Shown here piece by piece: positions 18,380 through 28,474 of a stretch of DNA of 64,000 nucleotides. Made by a program: the position numbers and the translations under genes. This stretch comes from a virus: IMG/VR virus record IMGVR_UViG_3300017598_001140, positions 15,531-79,530 of that record; one strand, written 5' to 3'. The notes below the pieces were generated by a model. The model made no database searches and was not told the DNA's origin. It was given only the letters and a program-made list of their open reading frames with translations. Within the stretch, counting starts at the first letter, position 1. Every line of letters begins with the position of its first letter.

Positions 18380-18789
18380 TGCCAGTACCTAATCTTTTAC
18401 ATCCAGTACCGATACAGGTTCAGCAATTGGACACGTCGGAGACGTACCAAGACGACGACTACAGAGAGCCCGTCCAGCAGGCCGCTCACGGGGAAACAAA
18501 AACGGTCCAAGGGCAAGTCCTCTGGTCGATGAAAGAGGCGCTGTCGGTTCGCTTGGGTGGCGTGGAGATGCAGGCGACCGGATACGTTCTGTTTAGGTAT
18601 GTTGATTTGAGCGATCAAAGCATTGTATTGGCCGTGAACGACAGGCTTATAAAATTAGGCACGCTTGAAGTGGATGTGTACGTGATAAAGCTGCAACCTA
18701 TGGGCCATTACTCAGATGTAGGAGGTCCGACATTGGTTAGGGCGTATTTCGCTGATAGAGAACCAGCCCGGCAAAGATTGGATCTTTAA
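18379..18789 (+). CDS. Head closure/stopper protein
   Basis: Size, beta-rich pattern and position after the adaptor. Confidence 0.6.
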   Translation: MPVPNLLHPVPIQVQQLDTSETYQDDDYREPVQQAAHGETKTVQGQVLWSMKEALSVRLGGVEMQATGYVLFRYVDLSDQSIVLAVNDRLIKLGTLEVDVYVIKLQPMGHYSDVGGPTLVRAYFADREPARQRLDL

Positions 18790-19433
18790 TGGCCGCGACG
18801 TTCAAAATAAAAGGCATGAAGGCGCTTCAATTTGCAACAAGTCCGGCGAAGATGACTCCGCTTGTAAAAAAGCATATCGAGAGAGCGAATCAGCTAAACG
18901 GAACGATTGCAGTTTCTGAAATACGCAGGGGAATAAACGCGGGCGGTTTTGAGAAAAACAAACCTTTGACTGTGGCGATAAAAAAAGATGACAAGCCTCT
19001 TATTGGAAGGACTCAAGGGGGTGCCGGAGGTCAATTGTTTCAAGCGGTGACTTGGAAGCAGCTCAACAGGTCTACGATTTTTGTTGGTGTTCTGAAAGTC
19101 AGCAGGTTTTACAACATTGCATATTTTTTGCATGAAGGCGGTCAGATTGGTGTCACCGAAAGAATGAGGGCTTTGTTTTTTTACTTGTGGCTTGCGAGCA
19201 TTGGTTCTTTGGAACCTAGCAAGTTGACGGGGCGCGCAAAAGCTTTGTGGAAAATGATGCCCGGAGATTGGAAGCCGTTGAAGCCCGGAACGAAAGCGAT
19301 CACTGTTCCGAAAAGACCTTTTATCAGCAGGGTTTTTGGTTCGCGTACTTTTGTTGCTGGTGTTAAAAAAAATTGGGAGTTAGCTTTGGCCGCCGCTATT
19401 AAAGAAGGCAGCAAAAAAGGTGGCAAATCATGA
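18789..19433 (+). CDS. Neck/tail completion protein (virion morphogenesis, HK97 gp10/Mu gpG-like)
   Basis: Basic protein with IAYFLHEGG and ITVPKRPFI motifs. Confidence 0.7.
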   Translation: MAATFKIKGMKALQFATSPAKMTPLVKKHIERANQLNGTIAVSEIRRGINAGGFEKNKPLTVAIKKDDKPLIGRTQGGAGGQLFQAVTWKQLNRSTIFVGVLKVSRFYNIAYFLHEGGQIGVTERMRALFFYLWLASIGSLEPSKLTGRAKALWKMMPGDWKPLKPGTKAITVPKRPFISRVFGSRTFVAGVKKNWELALAAAIKEGSKKGGKS

Positions 19434-20674
19434 GAGTCAAAAGGCTGATAAAAAAGTTTGTGTTTATCGAAACCAACAGGCAGAGAATCACATTGGACAA
19501 CGACGTTCGCTTGAACCCGACCGAAAACAGAGTGCAATTGAAATTGCAAAGCGGAGTTTATCCGGCGTCTGGAATTGTTAAAACGTGGGTGTCAAATCCT
19601 AGCTCGGTGAAACAGTGGGTTGGTTTCGAGGCGGTAGCGATACACCAGGAAGATTTTCTTGGCGCGGAAATCACAAGTTTATCTTTTCGATTGGGGGACG
19701 GGGCGAACGAGTATTGGTGGAACGGAGCGACGTGGGAAATAAACGTTGTTGATTGGAATACAGAAGCAGAGATTTCGATGAACATAGGTACGTTTCCGGT
19801 AGCGGAAAAAAGTATCCAAGTCGTGACAAGATTGGAGACGACCGACGAAACAAAAACGCCGGAACTTTTAGAGGTTAAAATTCTTTTCGCTTCGGATATT
19901 GAGTTTCAAGAAGATTTGGTTGTCAGGTCTTTAATTCCCTTGCTCAGAGAGCAGATAAGACCAATAAGTGAATACCCGGCGAAGCTATTGGTGGAAACCG
20001 ACACGGTTGATATGACCGATCCAGATGTGTCTGCTGATTTCCCATTGAAAACGCCTTACAATTTGGTTGGTGTCGATAGCGTTTTCAATCATACGGATGA
20101 CCCGAAACATTTAGTCGATTTGCTTTCTTCCTTTGTTCCTTCAACTCGTGTTATCACTTTGTCTTCGGCCGTTGCTGTAGACAAGGTTTTGTGGATTAGA
20201 TTTTTGTGGGAGCCAGAGGTGGCTTTATCCACTGGTCAGGAATACGACGAAGTTGAAAAAGTGCCTATGCTCCTATTGGCCGACGTGGACGGAACAAACG
20301 AGATGACATCGGCCACTTCTGATTCCGTAAAGAACAAAGCGGCTGGAACTGCGGTCAAGATTGGCTCTCCGAGACAGCGTGATTTAAACATCACATTGAG
20401 ATTGCTAACGAACAAGCAAGCCGATTTGCAAAAGTTCGCAGATCAAGTGAGAGATTTTTTCGATAACAATCCGCAAATTATTTCGGTCGGGCTTGATGAA
20501 AAGTACGGCTTTTTACAGGTTTCTGATTTCAATGGAAGCACAACTATAAACCAAAAAGAAATTTTTGGAGGAATGTTTGGCTGTAGAATACTTTCGGCGT
20601 TATTCTATACGAAGCCGGAACAAGATGTGTATCTTGTTCAAAATTTAGGATTGCAACTGAGCAAGCAAACATAG
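19430..20674 (+). CDS. Tail terminator-like protein with N-terminal extension
   Basis: Immediately precedes the sheath. C-terminal part PMLLL...RDLNITLRLLT..DLQKFADQVRDFF resembles terminator folds. Confidence 0.5.
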   Translation: MRVKRLIKKFVFIETNRQRITLDNDVRLNPTENRVQLKLQSGVYPASGIVKTWVSNPSSVKQWVGFEAVAIHQEDFLGAEITSLSFRLGDGANEYWWNGATWEINVVDWNTEAEISMNIGTFPVAEKSIQVVTRLETTDETKTPELLEVKILFASDIEFQEDLVVRSLIPLLREQIRPISEYPAKLLVETDTVDMTDPDVSADFPLKTPYNLVGVDSVFNHTDDPKHLVDLLSSFVPSTRVITLSSAVAVDKVLWIRFLWEPEVALSTGQEYDEVEKVPMLLLADVDGTNEMTSATSDSVKNKAAGTAVKIGSPRQRDLNITLRLLTNKQADLQKFADQVRDFFDNNPQIISVGLDEKYGFLQVSDFNGSTTINQKEIFGGMFGCRILSALFYTKPEQDVYLVQNLGLQLSKQT

Positions 20675-20683
20675 GAGGATAAA

Positions 20684-22993
20684 ATGGTTCAAAGAAGATA
20701 CGGCCCGGTAAGAGGCGCAGGCGTTGGCGTAATTGAAGAAGACGGCGGAAAATCAATTGAGCCCGGCGCGCTTGGTTGGGCCTGCTACGCTGGTGTTCTG
20801 GAAAGAGGGCCAGAAGGCGAAATGATAGAGGCTCAAAACTCGAAAGCTTACGCAGCAAAATGCGGTGGCATAATCGACGATTCTCTTTTGCCGGATTGTT
20901 GTTTGGATTATTACAAATTGGCGAACGGTGCTGGAGGACTTTTGCTTCGTCGTATTTTGGATGGCAACCAAGCTCCGGGCTCAAAAACCGTTTACGGTCG
21001 ATATGGCGATCTTCTTACTCCTATGGGCACTATATCTGCTCACAACGGCGGTCGGTGGAGCGGCAAAAAAGACAAAACTATTAACGCCGCGACTGGCAAA
21101 ACGGACACCACGATCACAACCGGCGTCGCCACTTGGAAAACAGATCAATGGAAAGGTGCCACGATCACGCATCCAGAGATCACGAATAAGACTTACACGG
21201 TGGTTGGTAACACCGATGCCGGGATCATTACTCTTGAAGCTGACTCCACATACTTGGCGGATTGGACGGCTGCGTCTGCTACGCATGAATATTTTTACAT
21301 GTCGCTTGAAAACGAAACGAAGTCTTTGTCGTATCTGATTGGAGACGGAGAGGAAAAACCGGACACAGAATTTTCTCTTTCGTTTTTCATTGACGGAGCG
21401 TTTTGGAAAAAATATCCAAACCTGTCAACCAATCCAACAGACGCACGGTATTGGATCAACATCATAAACAACGACACTTCAAATTTCGTTGTCACGGTGG
21501 CGGATCTTTGGACCGGTGGACACACGGCGGCGGTTAGACCGGCGAACCATTACGGTAAGATCGCCACGGTCACAGCTACAGTGCTTACCGCTGTGATTAA
21601 CGACTTCACGATCAACTCGCCAGTTGGCGCAGGAAATCCGACTTTTGCATTGGGGACCACAGACGATCTGCAAATTGCGCAGAAACTAACAATCACTATG
21701 GTTGATCCAACTACCGGCAACGTAGTGAGTGACAAATTCGGCGCGCTTGGTTTGATGACGTTGGGAAGCGAGTTCAACCCTCCGGCAAACACTGGTGGAA
21801 CAACTAATGTGAACAAGTGGGTTCCTCCTTTCACAGTGACCGCCGGGGTTACTCCGCTTGTGGCTCTTGATACATTGGTCATAAACTACAAGCCGCTTGT
21901 AGCCGATTCGCTTATTGGTGGACGGGTTTATCCGGATAAGCCAAACGCTAAAAGAACGTTTTTCAGAATCGTTGACAACGACCACAAAACGATCACGGCG
22001 GCTGACGGCTCCGACATGACTGTGGACGGCGCGACGGACGATTATTTTCTGGTTGAAGCGCCATTGGAACTCGAAGGCGGCAGAGATGGGATCGCGGATC
22101 TGGTGGACGCCGATTACAACCAGCAGGCGTGGGACACTGGAACGAGTGTTTTCAATCGCGTTATCAATCGAAACATGGGCTTGTTGAAGTGCGCAACCCC
22201 CGGAGTCACTTCGACCTCCGTTCAAAAAGCCGGTGTCGCTTATGCAGATGCAAAAAACCACCAATACAGGTACGAAGCACCAGCCAACGTGCTAACAGAA
22301 TCGGCGGCGATTGAACTTGTGAACGATACGCTTGGACGTTCTGATTTTGCCGTGATTTCTTTTCCGAGTTATTCGTACGTGACAGACCCAAACGATACCG
22401 GCGAGGGCCGATTGAAATTGGTTTCGAGTACAGGAATGATTCACGGTGCAGAAGCAGCGGTGGCAAAGGCTTATGGCGGATACCACAAAGCAGAGGCAGG
22501 AATCGACGTAAAGCTTCCGGCGATTTTGAAACTGCCGTCCGGCGAAACTGTTTTCGACGAAGAGCAATTGAACCCGGTTGGAATCGGTGTGATAAAGAAA
22601 ATCAAGGGCAATTTTGTTCTTTGGGGAGATCGCATGTTGCACCTTGATCCGAATTGGAAGTGGAAGCACCAGCGAGAGCAAATGAGCTATTACGAGCATG
22701 TGCTTCAAGAAAATTTCGATTGGATCGTTTATGCAATTAACGACGCGATTGAAAGGCCGAAAGCAATCACGGCGCTGTTGGGTTTCTTTTTACCGGAATG
22801 GGCCGAGAAACGAGCCATTAGAGGAACCACGCTTCAAGATGCGGTGATAATCAAAATCGATTCCGAGAACAACACCGATGCAACGATGGCGGCCGGTGAC
22901 ATGTGGGCTGAAATAAAACCACGGCTTGCTGATACCGTGGAGCGGTTCATAATGAAGATTGGAAAACAAGGAATTTTTGAATCTGTAGGATAG
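20684..22993 (+). CDS. Contractile tail sheath protein
   Basis: GVLERGP at the N-terminus; C-terminal GYHKAEAG, LNPVGIGVIK, LWGDRML, DSENNT, ADTVERFIMKI. Confidence 0.9.
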   Translation: MVQRRYGPVRGAGVGVIEEDGGKSIEPGALGWACYAGVLERGPEGEMIEAQNSKAYAAKCGGIIDDSLLPDCCLDYYKLANGAGGLLLRRILDGNQAPGSKTVYGRYGDLLTPMGTISAHNGGRWSGKKDKTINAATGKTDTTITTGVATWKTDQWKGATITHPEITNKTYTVVGNTDAGIITLEADSTYLADWTAASATHEYFYMSLENETKSLSYLIGDGEEKPDTEFSLSFFIDGAFWKKYPNLSTNPTDARYWINIINNDTSNFVVTVADLWTGGHTAAVRPANHYGKIATVTATVLTAVINDFTINSPVGAGNPTFALGTTDDLQIAQKLTITMVDPTTGNVVSDKFGALGLMTLGSEFNPPANTGGTTNVNKWVPPFTVTAGVTPLVALDTLVINYKPLVADSLIGGRVYPDKPNAKRTFFRIVDNDHKTITAADGSDMTVDGATDDYFLVEAPLELEGGRDGIADLVDADYNQQAWDTGTSVFNRVINRNMGLLKCATPGVTSTSVQKAGVAYADAKNHQYRYEAPANVLTESAAIELVNDTLGRSDFAVISFPSYSYVTDPNDTGEGRLKLVSSTGMIHGAEAAVAKAYGGYHKAEAGIDVKLPAILKLPSGETVFDEEQLNPVGIGVIKKIKGNFVLWGDRMLHLDPNWKWKHQREQMSYYEHVLQENFDWIVYAINDAIERPKAITALLGFFLPEWAEKRAIRGTTLQDAVIIKIDSENNTDATMAAGDMWAEIKPRLADTVERFIMKIGKQGIFESVG

Positions 22994-23011
22994 GTTCTAA
23001 ACGTTTGAAAA

Positions 23012-23020
23012 AACACGGTT
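23012..23020 (+). promoter_or_regulatory. Intergenic motif AACACGGTT, copy 1 of 3
   Basis: Identical 9-mer also at 24060-24068 and 42140-42148, each intergenic and 30-40 bp before a start codon. Confidence 0.4.
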
Positions 23021-23049
23021 GAAGCCGTTAAAAAAAGAAAGGTAAGAAA

Positions 23050-23562
23050 ATGACTGATATTGCACAACTAACTTCTGATGAACTGTCAGGAATAGGGATT
23101 GGACCGGAGCACGGTGCGGCGATGGCTCGCATTAATTCCGTGATTGCAAGATTGGCCGATGGGACTCTGAAATTGGTCAACGTAGTGCTTACAGCGGTTG
23201 GCGGCGCGGGTGGTGCAACTGCTGGCACAATCAGCGCTCAAGTAAACGACTTGGACGGAAACCCAGTCACCAGAGCTGTGACTTTGCGGCTTGATATTTC
23301 CGACACAGAAGGAGCCGGTCAAATAGACCCGGCAACGACCTGTCAGTTTGGTTCCGCAACTGTCGGAACATTGAACGCTGGCAGCGGTGGGCCTGCTGCG
23401 TCAGTCACAACCAATGCGGCCGGTCTTTATGAAGGTGCGCTTGCGAATTCGGCGGACGAAACAAACTATTTCAGCGCGTCGTCTCCGGACGGTGGTGCAG
23501 CACTTGCGAATAGCTGTGCTGTAGTTGGATGCGCTACTGCAAGCGCCGCTTGGGCTGCATAA
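23050..23562 (+). CDS. Ala/Gly-rich virion protein between sheath and tube genes
   Basis: Clean ORF with a purine-rich leader; composition typical of a structural or decoration protein. Confidence 0.55.
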   Translation: MTDIAQLTSDELSGIGIGPEHGAAMARINSVIARLADGTLKLVNVVLTAVGGAGGATAGTISAQVNDLDGNPVTRAVTLRLDISDTEGAGQIDPATTCQFGSATVGTLNAGSGGPAASVTTNAAGLYEGALANSADETNYFSASSPDGGAALANSCAVVGCATASAAWAA

Positions 23563-23612
23563 CAAATAAAGTCAAGGCCAAAAAAATTTGGCACTTTGCT
23601 TGGAGGTAAAAA

Positions 23613-24050
23613 ATGAAAGGTGTTATCCAACCAGATCACATCCCGACCAACAATTATGAGTTGTTGATTCTGACTTTGCCGAAAATTACCGCTGTAACGA
23701 TGAGCGGCATTGAAGACGAGTTGGAAACAACAGAGCTGCCTGATAGGACGGTGGCTTCTGGCGGGAATCGTAAAGCGACGGAAGTTACCCTTGGCGTTCC
23801 TATGCACCACTTGGTTGAGCAGGCTGCATTGGAAGTGTGGTTCACAGAAGCACAGGGACCGGTTTCGCCGAGTTACAAAAAAGCAGGCACATTGCTTTAC
23901 ACTTCTGCAAGCGGCGAAGTTGTTCGCTCGTATACTGTTATTGGAGTGTTTCCAAAGAAACGATCTTTGCCAGAGGGCGAGATGAAAAACGAAGGAGAGC
24001 AAGCGAACGTCGAATGGGTATTTTCCATTGACGATCTGCTTCCTATCTAA
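23613..24050 (+). CDS. Tail tube protein (T4 gp19-like)
   Basis: GGAGG RBS, 145 aa, motif ALEVWF...YKKAGTL...YTVIGVFPKK...EWVFSID. Near the sheath gene. Confidence 0.82.
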   Translation: MKGVIQPDHIPTNNYELLILTLPKITAVTMSGIEDELETTELPDRTVASGGNRKATEVTLGVPMHHLVEQAALEVWFTEAQGPVSPSYKKAGTLLYTSASGEVVRSYTVIGVFPKKRSLPEGEMKNEGEQANVEWVFSIDDLLPI

Positions 24051-24059
24051 ATCAAAACC

Positions 24060-24068
24060 AACACGGTT
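24060..24068 (+). promoter_or_regulatory. Intergenic motif AACACGGTT, copy 2 of 3
   Basis: See copy 1. Confidence 0.4.
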
Positions 24069-24106
24069 GGGCTTAACATTAGCTCATTGCAAAATGGAGG
24101 TGAACC

Positions 24107-24952
24107 GTGAACGATTCAAAAAAAAATAGTGTCGAAGAAAGTCTCGTGAAGACCACAACGCTTGGTGAATTGGGTTTCAATTTGCCGCTTGGAATACCTG
24201 ACGGTGGCGGAGGGCTTGTGAGGAGCTTTGCGCTTCGCCCTTGGCGTTTCAAGGAAGAGAAAGAACTTGCCGAATTGATAGAGCAAAATCCGGACGCTAC
24301 GCTGGCTCAATATGTTAGCATGGTCGTGGCGACGTTGTGCTCTTCGATTGGGCCGCATGATTTTTCTCAAATGAAGTGGGAAGAGAAATTGATAGTGATT
24401 GGTCAAATGTGGATGGGAGATGTTTTTTTCATCTATATTACTTTGAGAAAAGAGGCCATTGGAAACGTCATTTCATTGGCTCCTAAATGTCCCGGATGCG
24501 GAAGAAATTTCAATTTCGATGGACATCTTGATTCGATCAATGTTTTGACCACCGAAAGCGTTTCAAATGCTCAGTGGGAATACAAGCTGAACACTCCAAT
24601 TGAAATGAGAGGCAAAACCGTTGGTTCGTTCACGCTTGGACCGCCTCGGTGGAACACGCTTGAAATGATGACGGATGACAATTCAGTTTTAAACGTCGGC
24701 GCAAAGCTAGATATGATTCGTGGTTCTATTCATGCGGTTGATTCATTTGACCAGCAAATTGTCGTTATAGAAAGCGACCTCGACGAGCTGACAAAAAAGG
24801 ACATGGAAACAATTTCGGCGGAGATAGACGAAAAGGTCGTTGGCCCGGATATGTTTGTCGAAACTAAGTGCCCGAACATAAGGTGCAGAAACGAAATTAA
24901 ACAGTTGATAGATTGGAGGTATCAACATTTTTTCGGCGTTTCTTCCCGTTAA
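24107..24952 (+). CDS. Tail assembly chaperone (T4 gp26-like, two Cys pairs)
   Basis: Between tube and tape measure genes; CPGC and CPNIRC; ends YQHFFGVSSR. Confidence 0.7.
   Translation: MNDSKKNSVEESLVKTTTLGELGFNLPLGIPDGGGGLVRSFALRPWRFKEEKELAELIEQNPDATLAQYVSMVVATLCSSIGPHDFSQMKWEEKLIVIGQMWMGDVFFIYITLRKEAIGNVISLAPKCPGCGRNFNFDGHLDSINVLTTESVSNAQWEYKLNTPIEMRGKTVGSFTLGPPRWNTLEMMTDDNSVLNVGAKLDMIRGSIHAVDSFDQQIVVIESDLDELTKKDMETISAEIDEKVVGPDMFVETKCPNIRCRNEIKQLIDWRYQHFFGVSSR
24928..24934 (+). other. Programmed -1 ribosomal frameshift site T TTT TTC
   Basis: Heptamer is in the X XXY YYZ register of the chaperone frame (CAT TTT TTC). The -1 frame continues FRRFFPLTDLDDLREQ to the stop at 25116. Confidence 0.75.
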
Positions 24953-25116
24953 CTGATTTAGACGACTTACGGGAACAGATTTTTGCTCTTACTTATTGCG
25001 TTGCGGGTATGAATTACAACGAGGTTGTTTCTATGAATTCGCAAGATCGCTTGTGGTTTTTGAAGCGATTGGAAAAGCAAAAAGAAAAAGAGAAAAAAGA
25101 AATGGAGAACGCATAA
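24928..25116 (+). CDS. Frameshift extension of the tail assembly chaperone (gpGT-like)
   Basis: LREQIFALTYC..GMNYNEVVSM...RLWFLKRL, directly before the tape measure gene. Confidence 0.7.
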   Translation, partial: FFRRFFPLTDLDDLREQIFALTYCVAGMNYNEVVSMNSQDRLWFLKRLEKQKEKEKKEMENA

Positions 25117-25119
25117 CAA

Positions 25120-27693
25120 ATGGCTTTTGAACGCTTAGGTATTGGTGCGGTTTTAACTGTCGATGAGAAGCAATATACCGCTGGCATGGGGCGTGCGGAA
25201 ACCGCAACGACCAAGTTCAATCAGAAGGTCAGCGTAGCTCCGACAAAAGTTCAGAGATTCGGCCGGGCAATCACAGCAATGGCGGCGAAAGTTAAAGCCT
25301 CTGCTATGGCAATGGCGGGCGGTTTTAAAAGAATGGGGGCGGGGATACAGAGCCTCGCTTTTGCTGCTTTGCCAATGGGTGTCGGATTGGGTTTCGCTAC
25401 CAATTCGGCGGCGTCTTTTCAGCACCAGATGAGCGCGGTCGGCGCTGTCTCAAGAGCTAACGCTCAAGAGATGGCGATGCTTGGCACAGAAGCCGAGAGA
25501 ATGGGCATCCTGAGTGCGTTCAGTGCAACTCAGTCCGCAGAAGGCATGGAGTTGATGGCCAGAGCGGGTGCCAAACCAAAACAAATTATAGCCGGGCTCA
25601 GTGGCGTTATGAACGCAGCGGCGGCCGATCAAATAGAGATGGCGACCGCTGCCGATGTAGTCGCTCAGTCGGTGAAAATAAACGAGCTTGGATGGGAGAG
25701 GGCTTCGCATGTCGCCGATACATTTGCATTGGCTTCGGCTTCGGCGAATACAGATATTGTTGCTTTAGGAGAGGCGATGAAAATGGGCGGCATGAAAGCC
25801 CATTCTATGGGTATGTCGTTTGACGAAATCACTGGAGTTTTGGCGAAATTTGCGGACGCTGGATTGAAAGGCACGATGGGCGGCACGGCATTGCAAAACA
25901 TGCTTGTTAAATTGACAAGGCCAACCTCAAAATCAGCAAAGATGTTTGAAGAATTTGGTATCAAGTTGACGGACGGCGCGGGCAAGATGAGAAAAGTTCC
26001 GGCTATTCTTGGCGACGTGAATTTGATGCTGTCGAAAATACCGGACGACGCGGAAAGAGCAGCGGCGGCGGCTGAAGTTTTCGGTATCAGAGGCGAGCGT
26101 GGATACAACGCTTTTGCTACGGCCGGAAAAGATTCGCTTGAAGAGTACATAAAAACATTGGAAGCGTCGAGCGACGTGACAGACAAAAACGGTAAAAAAA
26201 TAGGAGCCGCTCAGCAAATGGCCGAGCGGCGATTGGACAACGTGAAGGGCCAACTTACTTTGTTGAAGTCGTCGTTCGAGGGATTGGCTATCAAAATGTT
26301 CGGGCCGCTTATGGAACCGTTTCAAGGGGTTATTGAAACGTTGAAAACCGGTTTGAATACTGTTCTGGAAGCGTACACGGATTTGTCAAAAGCGATGACA
26401 TCGCAAGACATTGAAGCGGCCGAAAAAAAATACGGTAAAACCGCCGTGGCGATTGCGACCGGTTTGGGCCAAGCTGTCACTTGGTTGAAGGAAGCTTTTA
26501 CCAGCGTGATTGACAAGGTAAGAGAGTTTTCCCAAATGTTCAAAGAGTCCGTTGGCGAAGACGGTTTAACCAAGTTCGTCAAGATTGCAGTGATAGCCGG
26601 AGTGGTTGCTGGTGCGGTTGCTCCGTTGCTGATGAGCTTTATTATGCTCAAGTTTCTTATTGGTGGGATTGTTTCTCTTTTCGCTGGTGCCGGGACCGTT
26701 TTGGCTGCTGCTTTTTGGCCGGTCGTTCTTGTGCTCGGAGCTATTGGATTGGCTTATTCGTTTTTGAGAAAAGAAAACGAAACTTTATTGGAAACAGCGA
26801 CCCGTGTTTTCGGCGGGATCAAAGCGTGGGTGGTGGACGTTTATCAAAATGCAGTTTTGCCATTCATTGAAGGCATAAGAAGTTTTTGGGTTCCTGTCAT
26901 AGAAGATTTAGGCAGGTCTTGGAATTTTGTTATCACAAGCATCAAAACATTGTTTTCCGAATTGTTTGAAAGCTTCAGCTCGGTTGCTGGCGGAATTTCA
27001 GTTAATTGGAAAATGGTGGGCCAGATTTTCATGGCTGTGTTTTCGTCAATTTTGAAAATAGCAATGTTCGTTATCGAGGGGCTCGTGAGAGGTTTTAAAA
27101 TCTTGATGTTCCCGATAAGAATAGTGCTTCAAGCTGTTAAAAATATCGCGACGGGATTCGCTGCGCTGTTCAGCGGAAATATATTGGAAGGGTTCAAGCG
27201 AATGGGGCTTGGTCTTCTTGACTTTGTGTTGTCTCCGCTCAGGTGGATTTTGAAAGGCGTCGGTGAATTGGCTGAATTTTTGGGGTTCGGCCAAGCAGCT
27301 AAAGACCTCGCGACTTTTGTGGAAAAAGGTTCAACTGCAATTCACTTTCCAGAGCCAACCGAAGCAGGGGTGAAAGTGGCTCCAAAAAAACCGACAGCGC
27401 CGGGGGCGGCTGGAACAACCGCCGCGAAAAAAGCGACTAGCGATGTGGCGAAAAAAGCAAAAGAAGGAATGTCGAAAGACGATTTGAAAAACGCGGTTAA
27501 AGACGGCGTAAAAGAAGGCCAAGAAGACGGGCCGTGTGTCGAGGCAAACGTCAACACCGCTGTATCTATAGATGGAGAAGCGGTTGCGAAAGCAACTGGA
27601 AAAAGTCAGGCGAGAGTGAAGGAGCGAAGTGGCGGGAAAGTAACGCCTTGGCAGTACAGACAGATATTGGAAAACGGTTCAACAGGAGTGTGA
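25120..27693 (+). CDS. Tail tape measure protein (TP901-family core)
   Basis: FQHQMSAVGAV, FSATQSAEGMELMARAG, GLKGTMGGTALQNML, RLDNVKGQLTLLKS, followed by hydrophobic repeats. Confidence 0.92.
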   Translation: MAFERLGIGAVLTVDEKQYTAGMGRAETATTKFNQKVSVAPTKVQRFGRAITAMAAKVKASAMAMAGGFKRMGAGIQSLAFAALPMGVGLGFATNSAASFQHQMSAVGAVSRANAQEMAMLGTEAERMGILSAFSATQSAEGMELMARAGAKPKQIIAGLSGVMNAAAADQIEMATAADVVAQSVKINELGWERASHVADTFALASASANTDIVALGEAMKMGGMKAHSMGMSFDEITGVLAKFADAGLKGTMGGTALQNMLVKLTRPTSKSAKMFEEFGIKLTDGAGKMRKVPAILGDVNLMLSKIPDDAERAAAAAEVFGIRGERGYNAFATAGKDSLEEYIKTLEASSDVTDKNGKKIGAAQQMAERRLDNVKGQLTLLKSSFEGLAIKMFGPLMEPFQGVIETLKTGLNTVLEAYTDLSKAMTSQDIEAAEKKYGKTAVAIATGLGQAVTWLKEAFTSVIDKVREFSQMFKESVGEDGLTKFVKIAVIAGVVAGAVAPLLMSFIMLKFLIGGIVSLFAGAGTVLAAAFWPVVLVLGAIGLAYSFLRKENETLLETATRVFGGIKAWVVDVYQNAVLPFIEGIRSFWVPVIEDLGRSWNFVITSIKTLFSELFESFSSVAGGISVNWKMVGQIFMAVFSSILKIAMFVIEGLVRGFKILMFPIRIVLQAVKNIATGFAALFSGNILEGFKRMGLGLLDFVLSPLRWILKGVGELAEFLGFGQAAKDLATFVEKGSTAIHFPEPTEAGVKVAPKKPTAPGAAGTTAAKKATSDVAKKAKEGMSKDDLKNAVKDGVKEGQEDGPCVEANVNTAVSIDGEAVAKATGKSQARVKERSGGKVTPWQYRQILENGSTGV

Positions 27694-27697
27694 CGAA

Positions 27698-28474
27698 ATG
27701 GGATTATTTGCACAGCTTTCGCCGCTAGACAATTGGCTATTGGTTAGCTTAGATCAACCGACCCAAATGGTGATGGGTCAATTCCCCGTCGAAGTGAACG
27801 AAAATGTTTCGTCTGAATATGCACAATTCAAGGCGTTGAACAGGGAGAATCCGGTCATTCAGTTTTTGAGCGGGAACGCTGACACGCTAAGTTTTCAGGC
27901 CAGATTTTTTGCTCGTGATATGGTTTTCAGCGGAGTCAACGAAAGCATAACGCAATTAAAAAAATGGAGCGTGAGAGATAGCAAATTGCAACGGCCGCAC
28001 ATTTTGTCTTTTAGAGTCGGCGATGGCTATGTGTCCGTTGGTTCATGCGTGATCACTGGCTTGTCTCCAATCGTTTGGAAAAAACCGACCATGCTTGGTG
28101 CCGTCAAAGACGCCACCGTGACAATAAACTTATTGAAGTACAAAGAATTTAGCATGGAGGATTCTGGTAGCTACGAAACCAGATACCACAGGACAAGGTT
28201 TCAAGATTATTACGAGTTCGTTTGTTGGAACGAATACGGGAACCCTAACTTCGGAGATGTCATAAGAAAAAGGCATCCGAAAAAGCCTATAACCAAACCG
28301 GGTGACGTTGTGAAATTGCCATCGGTTGAAGCGATACAAACGAAGCGATTGGAGCCGACAAGTTTGGTTTTAAAAACAGCGTACAAAAGGAAGGAAACGC
28401 CGCAGAGAACTGCAAGGATAAATATCTTTGACAGGAACAACAAAACTTATGTTTCACATGTGGCTGTTGAATAA
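27698..28474 (+). CDS. Tail tube initiator with degenerate LysM-like domain
   Basis: NRENPVIQFLSGNADTLSF N-terminal domain and EYGNP...KPGDVVKLP; follows the tape measure. Confidence 0.7.
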   Translation: MGLFAQLSPLDNWLLVSLDQPTQMVMGQFPVEVNENVSSEYAQFKALNRENPVIQFLSGNADTLSFQARFFARDMVFSGVNESITQLKKWSVRDSKLQRPHILSFRVGDGYVSVGSCVITGLSPIVWKKPTMLGAVKDATVTINLLKYKEFSMEDSGSYETRYHRTRFQDYYEFVCWNEYGNPNFGDVIRKRHPKKPITKPGDVVKLPSVEAIQTKRLEPTSLVLKTAYKRKETPQRTARINIFDRNNKTYVSHVAVE

